64,000 nt of DNA. It comes from Anolis carolinensis. Taxonomy: Eukaryota. The translations under genes were made by a program, and so were the position numbers. The notes beneath the pieces were generated by a model. It saw nothing but the letters and a program-made list of their open reading frames with translations, was not told where the DNA came from and made no database searches. The DNA lies in assembly GCF_035594765.1 (NCBI RefSeq), contig NC_085841.1:331895402-331959401 (forward strand). The letters run 5' to 3'. Of the stretch, positions 38,438 to 50,796 are shown piece after piece (the first letter of the stretch is position 1; every line of letters begins with the position of its first letter).

Positions 38438-39080
38438 TATTTATTTATTTTAAAAACATTTATATTCCGCCCTTCTCACCCAGAAGGTGACTCAGGATGG
38501 AGCACAGCATATATACGGCAAACATTCCTTGCCAGGACATAAAATAACTATAAATATACACAAACATTAAAATCAGTTATATCTACTTTAAAATCAGTTG
38601 TTTAAACCAACTCAAAACACCATGCTGGCTCCGGTCGGCGTAGCACGTTTCCTCACTGCACTGCCCCAAAGACTTGGTTCCCCAGCCAGGTCTTCACCAT
38701 CTTTCTAAAAGGCAAGAGGGAGGGAGTTGATCTAATCTCACCACGAAGAGAGTTCCATAGCTGGGGGGGCAATAACTGAGAATGCCCTCTCTCTCGTCCC
38801 AATCCAAATGCGCCTGTGACAGTGGCGGGACTAAGAGCAGGGCTTCCCCAAAATATCTTAGTCTTTGCAGTTGTTAGTAAAGCGAGATGCGTTTGGACAG
38901 GTAAACTGGGCTTTATAGGTCAAAGCCAACACTTTTACTTGTGCTCGATAGCAACAGATAGCCAGTGGAGCTCATGTAACACGGGAGTTGTGTGCTCCCT
39001 ATATACTGCCCCATTTATTAACTTGACTGCCTCTCATTGGACTATTTGGCATTTCCGAACAGTCTTCAAAGGCAACCCCA
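38438..39080 (-). mobile_element. L2-like LINE 3' fragment
   Basis: (TTTA)n tail, L2 tail motif and minus-strand peptide GLPLKTVRKCQIVQ...ELHWLSVA. Confidence 0.75.
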
Positions 39081-39235
39081 CGTATTTATTTATTTACAAC
39101 ATGTTTACCCCGCCTTTCTCGCCGAGGGGACTCAAGGCAGCTTACATAAACAGGCAAAATTCAATGCCCAAAAACAGTGCAGTAAAACAACAGCTTATAC
39201 AAATCAAAATAACAATACAGAATAAAAACACATAA

Positions 39236-42200
39236 TCTATCTTTCTATATATATAAAAGGATAAAGTTGCGGGCGCAGTGACTATAACAACAAAACTAAA
39301 CATCCCAGAAATACGAAACTTGGCAACACAATGCAAAAGCCTTGCCTCCCGGTTACAACAACACAATCACACCACAAAACCACAATCCGGACCCACAAAA
39401 CTCACAACAACACATCATGACTATAACAACACAACTAAACGCCCTAGAAATACAAAACTTGGCAACACAACGCAAAAGCCTTGCCTCCCAGTTGTAACAA
39501 CACAATCACACCACAAAACCACACTGGACCCACAAAACTCACAACAACACATCGTGACTATAACAACACAACTAAACGCCCCAGAAATACGAAACTTGGC
39601 GACACAACTCAAAAGCCTTCCCTCCCGGTTGGAACAACACAACCACACCACAAAACCACAATCTGGACCCATAAAACTCACAACAATACATCGTGACTAT
39701 AACAACACAACTAAACTCCCCAGAAATACGAAACTTGGCACACAACTAAATGCCCCAGAAATACAAAACTTGACAACACAATGCAAAAGCCTTGCCTCCT
39801 GGTTGTAACAACACAACCACACCACAAAACCACAATACGGATGCACAAAACTCACAACAATGCATCGTGACTATAACAACACAACTAAACGCCCCAGAAA
39901 TACAAAACTTGGCACACAACTAAACGCCCCAGAAACACAAAACTTGACAACACAATGCAAAAGCCTTGCCTCCCAGTTGTAACAACACAACCACACCACA
40001 AAACCACAATCCGGACCCACAAAACTCACAACGATGTATCGTGACTATAACAACACAACTAAACGCCCCAGAAATACAAAATTTGACAAAACAACGCAAC
40101 AGCCTTGCCTCCTGGTTGTAACAACACAACCACACCACAAAACCACAATCCGGACCCATAAAACTCACAACAATGCATCGTGACTATAACAACACAACTA
40201 AACGCCCCAGAAATACAAAACTTGGCACACAACTAAACGCCCCAGAAATACAAAACTTGACAACACAACGCAAAAGTCTTGCCTCCCAGTTGTAACAATA
40301 CAACCAAACCACAAAACCACAATCTGGACCCACAAAACTCACAACAACGCATTGTTACTATAACAACACAACTAAACCGGATGGCCATCTGTCTGAAAGG
40401 TTTGGGTGGGTTCTTCCTCCATGACAAAAAGAAAGAAAGGGGTTGGACTGCATGCAAACTACAAATTCCAGCACGCCATGGCATGGAGTCCATGCATTTC
40501 AATTAAAGGTCTCTTCCTTCTCCCTTTCCCCGCCATCCAACCCATTGACCCAGTTCCATGGTTCCGCAGGCAGGAAAGGCTGGGACAAATAGAAAGAAGG
40601 AAGGAAGGAGGGAAGGGAAGCGAAGGAACGCCAAGTACAAGAGCCCTCCCTCTCTGCCCGGAAAGCCAAGAGCAAAAGGGAGAGAAAGGCCATTGATCCG
40701 GTTATATTTACCCTCCTTTCTGACCAGTGTGTTCTTATCAGCGAGCTCAGGATCGGAGCAGAGAAAGGGAACAGCATAGGAATAAAGGAAACAAGGAGAG
40801 CACCAACTCTATCTATCCATCCACTCATCTATCCATCCACTCACCCACTAATAATAAACACCTACACAGGCAAGAGTCAGCCATGCACTGAGTCTACAAG
40901 GCCATTCAGTGCTCATCCACCTCCCCAATCCCTACATTCACACTTGGCCTCCAAAAAAACAATTACAATAATAACAATGACAACAACAACAATAAGAATC
41001 AACACCATCACAGGCAAGAAGCAGCCAGGCACTGAGACTGAGAGGCCAGTCAGTGCTACACTGGGCCTCCAAAAAACAATACAGTAGCATCTAACTTATC
41101 CAGCCTTCATGACCTCTACAACAACAATAATAATAAACACCTACACAGGCAAAACAAAAAAAACACTATTGTACCACAATAAGATGTAAACCGCACTCAG
41201 CAGAATCAGATGTCACGATTAACAACAAACCAAAGATAACAGGGATCTCAAGCAATTATCAATCAACACAAAAATTGAAGAAGGTAACAGACTTCAAATA
41301 CTACTACTAATGTGAGTATAAAGAAGGGTGGAGGTCACAGCATAAATACAACCTAATGTAGACTGACCAACACCACCAGACTAAGCCACAGCAACGCGTG
41401 GCCGGGCACAGCTAGTATATATATATAAATGTAATGTTCGTTTTACTAAGGAGTAAACAATAAAACCACTGAACCAAATCACACCAAATTTGGCCACAAA
41501 AGACATAGTCATACAAAATATGTCTTTCAATCAAAAAAACCTAGAAAAATTGTCCAAATTACAGAGGATGAGGAAGAGCCTTTTTCCCCCTAACTGCCAG
41601 TTAGAAAGGTAGGCTCTGTTGCCTTTAGCCCCCCCCCCCCCTCCTGCTGCTGCCTTTAGGCCCAGCCCCCTTCATATCCTAGCAACTCCCTCAGCCAAAA
41701 TGGGGCTCAGGGTATAGGCAGAGTGCACCTCGGCCTGATCCACACTGCCTATAAAATATAGATTATCCAATTTGAACTGGATTATATGGCAGTGTAGACT
41801 CAAGGTCCTTCCACACAGCTATATTACCTATTTATAATCTTATATTATCTGCCTTGAACTGGGTTATCTTGAGTCCACACTGCCATATAATCCACTTCAG
41901 TGTGGATTTTATACAGCTGTGTAGAAGGGGCCTCATATAATCCACTTCTAAGCAGATAATATAAGATTATAAATATAATATGATATAATTACTGTGGTAT
42001 AATAATACAGAACAATATAATCTCTAAAACCAGGACAGTAAATAAAGTGCAACACTCTGAAAGCAGGGAAATTGGGAATTCCAGAAAGGAAACAATCAGG
42101 GCCAGCTAACTTCCCAACAAAGGATTCCCCCAGGCAGGAAGCAGCCAGGCTTTGAAGCTGCAAAGCCATTAAATGCTAATCAAGGTGCCTAATTGTAGCA

Positions 42201-42439
42201 TTCATACCTGCCACACTGAAACTATTAATTGCTTTTCAACCTGGCCAACCAAGATGTCCCCTAGGTGAAAAATCCCCAGGCTTTGAAGCCACAAGGCGAC
42301 TCCATCCCATTCAACCTGGCTACTCCAGCTACTCCAGAAAATGGCCGGGCTTTGAGGCTGCAAGGCTATTCACTGCTATTCCACCTGGCCAACAAATAAT
42401 TCCCATAAGTCACAGCAACGCGTGGCCGGGCAAAGCTAG
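39236..42439 (+). mobile_element. Compound non-autonomous Helitron with two 3' termini (CTAG ending at 41415 and at 42439)
   Basis: Starts A|TCTATC; both termini carry CACAGCAACGCGTGGCCGGGCA.AGCTAG|T (hairpin plus CTAG). Confidence 0.85.
39278..40376. repeat. AC-rich minisatellite inside the Helitron; about 7 units of about 139 bp or 174 bp
   Basis: Unit marker (G/A)TGACTATAAC at 39278, 39417, 39554, 39693, 39867, 40041, 40180 and, degenerate, 40354. Confidence 0.92.
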
Positions 42440-42989
42440 TATAATACAAAATTTAAAAACATGTGTAGATTTGAGTCCGTTCATCCGAGATCCTCATGCA
42501 TAAATCTTAAGCCAGACCATGTCAGTCATTGTACTTATTCATTAAATGCTTGTGCATATAACCATGTCTTTAAGATTTTCCTAAAGCCCAGAAGAGTTGG
42601 GGCCTGTCGAATGTTGCTGGGGAGGGTGTTCCCACAGCCGAGGAGCCACCACCGAGAAGGCCCTGTCCTTCATTCCCACCAGCTGCGCTTGCGAGGCAGG
42701 TGGGACCGAGAGCAGGGCCTCTCCAGACGATCTTAAGGTTCTTGATAGAGAACATAGAGTGCGTTGCAGTAGTCTCTCCTGGATGTAACGAGAATGTGGA
42801 CCACCGTGGCCAAGTCTGACTTCCCAAGGTACGGGCGCAACTGAAGGATAACATGCACTATAATATATGGATAGTTTTTTCATTCACAGATTTGACTTGT
42901 CTCAGGTTAAAAGATGGCAGTCATCACTATATCACTTTATATTGTGCTACTGAGTTCCATAATATTTGAATTAAAAGCTACATGAATTA

Positions 42990-43191
42990 CCGTATTTTTC
43001 GCTTTATAGGACACACCTGATGATAAGACGCAGATTGCCAGGAAGGGAGAATGGGGCGATCTGTGCCGTTCGCACGCACGGACAGCACAGATCGCCCCAT
43101 TCTCCCTTCCTGGACGCAGATTGCGTTTATAAGACTTTTCCCCTCTATTTTGGGGGGGGGAAAAGTGCGTCTTATAAAGCGAAAAATACGG
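42990..43191. mobile_element. Tc1/mariner/pogo-type MITE with internal perfect hairpin
   Basis: TIRs CCGTATTTTTCGCTTTATA / TATAAAGCGAAAAATACGG with TA flanks. Confidence 0.9.
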
Positions 43192-43839
43192 TACTTCTTT
43201 TTACCTGTCCTTCTCTCTTATTATTTCTTTGATGACTAGTCTCTTTCTCCACATCATAATGATTATTTAACTAACAATCAGCTCAAAATATTTAAAAGTA
43301 TAAGGAACATGTGAGCAGCTCAGTTAACAACAACAACAACAACAGGCAAACAATTCAACTATAACATCCCTCAAAAGAACCTTATGTTCAGTTGCGTTCC
43401 ACCATAAAACATGATTTCAGTGATAACTTGCATGGAAAAGCATGTTGCTTACTTATATTTGAGGTTCTTCTAGTAGTTACCTGTGAACTCATATATATAG
43501 GAACCTATGCACCTGTACAGACCATCTTCAGAAACTTTGAAAGCTAGATCTCTTCAGCTGAGGGCCTACATCTACCCATTATACCACACACAGTCAATAC
43601 AGTGCAAAAAATAAATAAGGAATAGGGAATTGACAATTGGAACGGCCCCGGTCTACGATTTTGGATCACGTGATTTTAATGTTTAAATTAGGTGTTTTAA
43701 TTCTTTTCTTAATGTCTAAATGTTGTTTTTATCTCATGTTTAATAGTTTTATTGATTTTAATGCATAGTTATATGTTTACTTTTTCAGATTTATGATTTG
43801 GTTTTACACATATGTATGGCATTGAATTTTGCTCTAGAA

Positions 43840-45460
43840 AAGGGTGTTGTCCAGATGGTGATGGAGGCAGATGTAACAGAGATGCTGATGGCGGGGCTCT
43901 TAGAAGTCACGAACCTCAGAATTTAGCTCCATGGTGGCGGCGGCTATGGACAATACGGCTTGTACCAGTCTCTACATAGGTGACAACTGTTCTAACCCAG
44001 TAGAGGACACAACCAAAATTATCATAGTATTGCTCCACTAGTGGAAGTGGGGTAGAATGACAATGATGACATTTTTGGGATTATATAGTTCTTGCAGTGT
44101 GATGGGCAATCACTGAAGAATTGACAACCTGGACCTTTGTGAAGTGGTAAGAGGCTAGATGGGTAGATCTATTTCTTGCCAAGGTGCAGATGGAAGACTT
44201 ATCTCGCATCTTATCCTCTGAATGCAACCCCAGACATTTGTTAGATTTGACTTTAGGAGATGAAATTCTTCTGAGAGGTCTAGGAACAGGGAAATCAAAC
44301 ACAGACAAGACTGGCCTACATCATCACTGGTAACAGCAACTGAAATAGATGGCACTGTCAGAACAACAGTATTAGGCAGCATTAGCACACTTGACGTTTT
44401 TGAACAAGGTGAAGATACACAGGCAGGATTGGATCCTTTCCGAAGAGATGACAGATCATTAAAAAAAAACACACACACACAATCAGGAGACTTGGATTTC
44501 TCATGAACTGAAGAACCATCAGAAGGCTTCTTCCATTTGGGAGCAGCAGAGACTTTGGGCAGAACTTGCACATGCAGCACTGATGACTTCAAGCAGGATT
44601 GGGTTGAATCTGAAGTTGATGGAACCAAAGCTCTCTAATGAACAAGTGAAGTCTTTTTAGTACTAGTACCATGCATCAGTATAGTAGATAGTAAAGTCAA
44701 TGATACAAAAGTGTGTGAAACAATGCCAGCAAAGGCTGTACAAAGAGGAGTTTTGGGCTGTGAGATCAGCTGTACCAACAGTCAACTCTCAGAACAGGAT
44801 TTTAGGATATGAAGCCAATGAGAGCAGTTATCATTGTCGTGGGTCTCCCTGAAGAAAAGGAGGCACTTAAAATGGCAATCCTTCTGTAGGAACTTATTTT
44901 CACAGGAGTCACATTTAAAGAATGGTGTAGATGTCATAAACTGGAGAACAGTTTGGGGGGAGGGGGGAGAGCCAAAGAGTAACTAATGCACACTATAACC
45001 CACAATGAGGCCCTGATGGTGGATGACAGAAAATCGAGAATCTCTGAATGAGCATTATGCTGAATGGAGTGAAAGCTCAGTCAAAAAGATTATTCCAGAA
45101 TCATACAGGGGAACACACATTGAAAGCAGTGTCTGGGATAATTCTGGTAAAATTGCGAAATGTGAAAATCCTACCCTTCATTTGTTTTTTCACAAGTCCA
45201 ATAATTCCTTCACCTTGGGCATATTGGCTAAAGTGAGATGAGCTGAAGTACAAAACATAGGAATAATCCAGAGTTAAAGAAGCTGTGTCTCTGAGCTCAA
45301 GAAGCCTGGATCTGCTCTCAAAGCTCTTTTAGTCCAAAGCAACCAGTCAGACATACTTTTTCCTACAGTATAAAATTCACTACATAGACCAGCACTGACA
45401 TAGATAAATATACTGGCCATGCCCAAATAAGTTTCTAATGAGTCTCCACGGGATGAAATA
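43840..45460 (-). mobile_element. Degenerate DIRS-like (tyrosine-recombinase retrotransposon) 5' portion with ORF1 remnant; boundaries approximate
   Basis: From ATG at 44937 the minus strand reads MTSTPFFKCDSCENKFLQKDCHFKCLLFFRETHDNDNCSHW, resembling the Cys/His zinc-finger start of vertebrate DIRS ORF1, followed by Ser/Pro/Lys-rich sequence (ORF 44155-44628). It sits between two halves of an L2-like T-rich tail. Confidence 0.5.
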
Positions 45461-45554
45461 AGCTTGGGGGTAATGCAACATTTGATTAAAAAATAAAAAC
45501 ATCTAATGGGATAAACTATAGCAGGCTGGGGAAACCTAATACAACAGTATCACT

Positions 45555-45725
45555 TGAATGCTGTTTTTAATTGGGTTTTAAGTTGTTGTTTTATATACTT
45601 ATTGTTTTATATAATTGCATTTTAGACTGTGTTTTATCTTGTGTTCTGTTTTTAGCCACTTTTGTGCTGTGTGTAAACTGCCCTGAGTCTCTTCGAGGAG
45701 ATGGTGGTGGGATAAGAGAATAAAG
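45555..45725 (+). mobile_element. L2-like 3' tail
   Basis: T-rich tract then TGTAAACTGCCCTGAGTC...GGTGGGATAAGAGAATAAA. Confidence 0.55.
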
Positions 45726-46167
45726 TTATTGTGTAGTTTTGAGAAATTCCTACTATGCAAAACTGACAGCTTGTTCTATCCTTTTGTAATTTGGCAAATA
45801 AACCCAACAAAGTATATGAAATATCCTTCCCTTGAATGTGAGCATGGCTGTTGAAAAGCACACACAAGCTTTTACAGATGAGAAAACTGGTTACTTGACA
45901 GTACAAATAGTTCTTAAATATTTTTCACAATATAGTTTTTCCCTTCATGAGTAAGTTTGAACCTGAGCACTATCAATGAAATAAGTTCCATTCATTCAGT
46001 TTCAAAAAGAAGGGAACAAAAGAAGGTAAGACTGTAGAATACAAATTTCCATACAAGTTATGGGTCTGCAATTGCCAGCTAAGTCCAATACATACTGCCA
46101 CCTTGTGGTCATCGGCAACATCTACTAGAATTCAACCCATAATTTAGGTTTGAATGCAAGGTATTTT

Positions 46168-46534
46168 AATCATAGAATCATAGAGTTGGAAGAGACTTTG
46201 TGGGCCATCCAGTCCAACCCCCTGCCAAAAGGCGGGAAAATCACATTCAAAGCATCTCCTACAGATGGCCATCCAGCCTCTGTTTAAAAGCCTCCAAAGA
46301 AGGACCCTCTACCAGAGTCCGTGGCAGAGTGTTCCACTGCTGAACAACTCTCAGTTAGGAAGTTCTTCCTAATGTTCAGGTGGAAATTCCTTTCCTGTAG
46401 TTTGAAGCCGTTGTTCTGCATCCTAGTCTCCAGGGCAGCAGAAAACAAGCTTAGTCCCTTCTCCCTATGGCTTCCCCTCACATATTTATACATGGCTATC
46501 ATGACTCCTCTCAGCCTTCTCTTGTGCAGGCTAA
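46168..46534 (-). mobile_element. CR1 5'-truncated 3' end
   Basis: (CATAGAAT)n tail on the plus strand; minus peptide [14 protein letters not shown]...NGFKLQER..HLNIRKNFLT. Confidence 0.9.
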
Positions 46535-46854
46535 TACTAGAAGGATTCCATCACCTCATATTTTTGAATGTTTTAGAATATTCCACATAAAATTAGAAGT
46601 AAAAATGGATTCAACCTTTTTCCAAGCCATTTAAGTAGAAGATATGAATGCACCATTTCTTGTTCCATCAGCACATAACCCACCTGAATACTACAGTGCA
46701 AGGGTTAAGAAAGGTATATTAGTAGCACTTAAATGATATAGCTTCTAAATTCTCCAGGAAGAAAATCTTCAGTTGTTTGTCTCAAGACTAGAAAGACTAA
46801 ATGAAGACACCTTCTACAGAAAACACTCTACTTATTATTATGAAAAAGACTCAC

Positions 46855-46981
46855 CAAGCGTTGTGCCATCTTCACCCATAATGCACTTCATGGTGGTGAT
46901 TATTTGCTGAACAACAGGAGGGGATAGCGATGTGGCATATACTGCACTGTGTGAATGGACACGAAGATAATCGATCAGCTC
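46855..46981 (-). CDS. SPTLC2: SPTLC2 exon 9 ([42 protein letters not shown])
   Basis: Acceptor ttccag, donor gtgagt; 127 nt; ends in phase 1. Confidence 0.96.
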
Positions 46982-49900
46982 CTGGAATAGTGAAAACAGC
47001 AGACTCTCAGGTATTACTGTGGATCTTGAAACAACTAGACTGCACAAAGCTCAAGACAATATTAATGGGAAATGTTTCTGTTGACTTGCCTATCAGATTA
47101 TACTGTGATCTACCATGGAAGGTAAGGATCAAGAATTATGTCTGAGTAGATACAGGTATGCAAGAGATTTCCACCTTCTATACAATGATAGTGGTGAGAA
47201 TTGCATATATTATTTGTGGCTACTGTGAAATTTCATTTTTTTCATCAACACAAGGCAGGGCACACAACGCAACTTTGGAAAACATAGAGAACAGAATGGA
47301 AGTGTTTTGAGAAGAAGGAGGACCAGAGTTCAATAATGGTTCTTGTTTGATAACATGAGTCACCAAAATATGGAGCAGGGGCAAGCTGTTCAGGTCACAG
47401 GCAGGGTCTGTGGAATGTTCATCTTCTCAACAGAACCTCTAGTGAGCTACATCTACAGTAAGTCCAAACAGCTTACTTCAATGGAAGAGAGGATCCAGGA
47501 ACTTGAGGCCTGAATTGTTATACTTAAGGACATTAAGGAATTCGGGTTTTTCTTAGACACAGCCCAGTAGACCATTCTAGATACACAACCCACGTCAGAT
47601 AAACACGCATGAGAAGGCTATGGGGAGGTCACTTCAAATGTGGAGAACGCTGATGCTTGGAAGAATGTGACATTTAGAAAGTGGAAGAGAACCAGGGATC
47701 ATTCTTTGAATCCTTCTGTTAATCTGGAGTTACACAATTGATTCCATGTTCTCTCACCAGTAAGAAATGATGAGGAAATACAACACCTTGGGGAGGATGA
47801 GAGGTTCTTAGATGCAACTGAGTGGACTGTCTTTGATCAATGCATGGGAGATGTCTCTGGGGAGGAGGACAGTTCATAAACACAGAATCTGCAGTTACAG
47901 AATGAAGCAGAGACTCTTTTCCCAATCATAGATGGGGCAGATCAAGAACAAACTGATGGGAATGAGGGGGTCTTGGACATATCTGACTAGAATGTCCTAG
48001 ATGAATGCACGGGGGATGTCTCAGAGGAGGAGGCCAATTTAGAGCTACACAACCCTGTTTAAAATGAAGAGGAAGAACAGCAATAGGGTCAGTTTTCAGG
48101 AAACTAGGTCATGTGGGGGAGGCTGACAATATCCTTGGAAACTGTAGTTTATCAAGGCCTGGAGTGAACAGCCAAAAAGCTAAAGAGAGGGTTGGACAAA
48201 CACAACAAGTACCAAGCAACGAGAGGACAACAATCTCAAATAAACAGCTAAAGGGAATGTCCCACAAGCTTAGATGTCTTTAATGCCTAGAGAATGGGAA
48301 ACTGCAACTTTTGCAAGATGAATTGCAACTTTTGGCCCAAGACAGTTACAATATAATTGGCATAACTGAAACCTGGTGGAAGGAATCCTATAATTGGAAT
48401 GTAGAAATGGAGGGGTATAACTTATTTCAGAGAAACAGACCAAACAGGAGAGAGAGTGGAGCAGCATTATATGCCAAAAATATTTATACCTGTGAAGAGA
48501 TGCAAGACTTCAATCCTAGAAACCAGGTTTAGAGATCTGAGAAAGAATTAAAGGAATGGGGCCTGAAAAAGATGTAGTTGTGGGTGGTCTACTACAGATC
48601 CCCAAGCCAGACTGAAGAACTGGATGATGCCTCCCTTGACCAGATGACCAAACATGCAGAAAAAAGATTACTTTTGATATTTGTTAGAAAACAAACCTTG
48701 CCAAGAGTACAAAGTCCAAAAAATTCTTCACTTGCCTTGCAGACAATTAAGAAGAGGCAACAAGGGGATCTGCTATTCTAGATCTGATCCAACACTGAGG
48801 ATCTGGTCAATGGAGTGGAAATGGTAGAATTTTTAGGTGGGAGTGACCATATACTTCTGAAGTTTGTCATACAGAGGAAGAGTGAAACTAAGAGAAGTCA
48901 AACATGCATTCTAGACTAGCTGACTTCAGGAATTTTAAAGAAATACTGAGCGTGATTCCATGGACAGGAATACTAAAAGAGAAGGGAGTTAATGATGGAT
49001 GGGAGTTTCTTAAAAGTGAGAGACTGAAGGCACAATTGCAAACAGTGCCAGGAAGGAGAAAAATAGGAGAAATGTAAAACAACCAAATGGATGTCCAAAG
49101 AACTTTTAACTGAGCTAAGATTTAAAAGAGACAGGCACAAGAAATGGAAATAGGGGGAAATCACCAAAGAGGAATTCAAATTAATAACTAACATATGTAG
49201 GTAAAAGGTTTGTAAGGCTAAAGTGTAAAATGAGCTCAGGTTTGCCAGAGAGATTTTAAAAAAATAAAAAGGGGTTCTTTGGTTATGTCAGTAGAAAAGG
49301 GAAGAACAAGGAAACAGGAGGACCTGGTGAAATGCTAACAGGAGATAAGGAAAAGGAAGAACTATTCAACACCTTCTTTGCCTCAGTCTTCTCACAAAAA
49401 GAAATCCGTTTCCCCCCTAAGAAATACGGAGTGAACGAAGTAATAGGGGAAATGCAACCCAAAACAAGTAAAGATGTCCAGGAATACCGAACTACTCTAA
49501 ATGAATTTAAGTCTTCAGAGCCAGATTGAAGGAACTAGCAGAAGTGATTTCATACCCACTGGCAATAATCTTTGAGAATTCTTGGAAAACAAGAGAAGAC
49601 CCGCAGACTGGAGGAAGGCAAATGTTCTTAAATTGAGTCCCCTCCGGGGTGAGAAAGGTGGGATAGAAATGTCGTAGATAAATAAATAAATAAGAATGGA
49701 AAAAGGAGGACCCAAACAATTATTGTCCAGTCAGCTTGATATCAATACCAGGGAAGATTCTGGAACAGATCATTAAGGAGGCAATCACTTAGAAAAAAAA
49801 GCTGTGATCACTAAAAGTCAACATGGATTTCTCAAAAACAAGTCATGCTAGACCAATCTTATCTCTCTTTTTTTGATAGTTACAAGCTTGGTGGATGCAG

Positions 49901-50112
49901 GGAATGCTGTGGTTGTAGCCTATCATGATTTCAGTAAGACCTTCAACAAGGTCCCCCACGACCTTCTTGCAAGCAAACTAGTCAAATGTGAGCAAGGCAA
50001 TGCTACTATTAGGTGGGTTTGTAAGTGGTTAAGCGACCTTATCCAAAGAAGGTTCACCAATGGTTCCTCTTCATCCTGGAAAGAAGTGAATAGTGGAGTG
50101 GCACAGGGTCAC

Positions 50113-50398
50113 CTACCCTCAGGAGGACACATTCAAAAGTGGTTGATTGTGGGATGGGGCACCTGGTCAGGGAGATTAAATCCCTATAGACCACTGCGAC
50201 TCCACCTCCCCGCCCTCCAGATCTCAGTTGATGCTGCACGGAATAGCCTGGTGGGCAAAGCTGGGTAGGATTGACTCCTCCTGCCTCATCCAACCAGGTC
50301 TCCACAATGCACGTCAGATATGCCCGCTCATCCAAAATTAAATCCTGGATAATAACTGTTTTCCCGTTAACAGACCTGGCATTCAACAGCACTATCTT
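50113..50398 (-). mobile_element. Internal L2-type APE endonuclease fragment inserted in the CR1 RT
   Basis: Minus ORF LLNARSVNGKT...LTCIVETWL...GGRGGGVAV; interrupts the host CR1 just after SGVAQG. Confidence 0.8.
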
Positions 50399-50679
50399 TA
50401 ATCTAATAACTTAGATGAAGGTTTAGCGGGTATGCTTATAAAGTTTGCAGGTGACACCAAATTAGGAGGGATAGCTAATATTCCAGAGGTCAGGATCAGA
50501 AATCAAAAGGACCATAACAGATTAGAGAGCTGGGCCAAAATTAACAAAATGAATTTCAACAAGGACAAATGTAAGGTACTACACTTAGGTAGAAAAAATG
50601 AAATGCAGAGATATACAATGGGTTTGACAACAGTCCATATGAAAAAGATATTGGAATCTTAGTGGAAAACAAGTTGAAC

Positions 50680-50796
50680 ATGGCCATCTGTCGGGGGTGC
50701 TTTGAATGCGATTTCCTGCTTCTTGGCAGGGGGTTGGACTGGATGGCCGATGAGGTCTCTTCCAACTCTACTATTCTATGATTCTATGATTCTATG
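50680..50796 (+). mobile_element. Young CR1 3'-terminal fragment nested inside the older CR1
   Basis: Nearly identical to 1049-1161, including (ATTCTATG)n; splits the host sequence AAGTTGAACATG / TGCCAACAGTGTGATGC. Confidence 0.9.

Larger units (their letters stand above)
39083..42735 (-). mobile_element. Second L2-like 3' fragment, split by the Helitron insertion (pieces 39083-39235 and 42440-42735)
   Basis: Tail motif at 39083-39150 resumes after CTAG at 42440 and leads into the L2 C-terminal peptide DRAFSVVAPRLW. Confidence 0.7.

Noticed and set aside
39278-40376. Regularly spaced repeats as a CRISPR array, and Thr/Asn-rich ORFs as a mucin-like gene
   Set aside because: Whole units repeat with no unique spacers, the context is a vertebrate Helitron, and the ORFs arise from the A/C bias.
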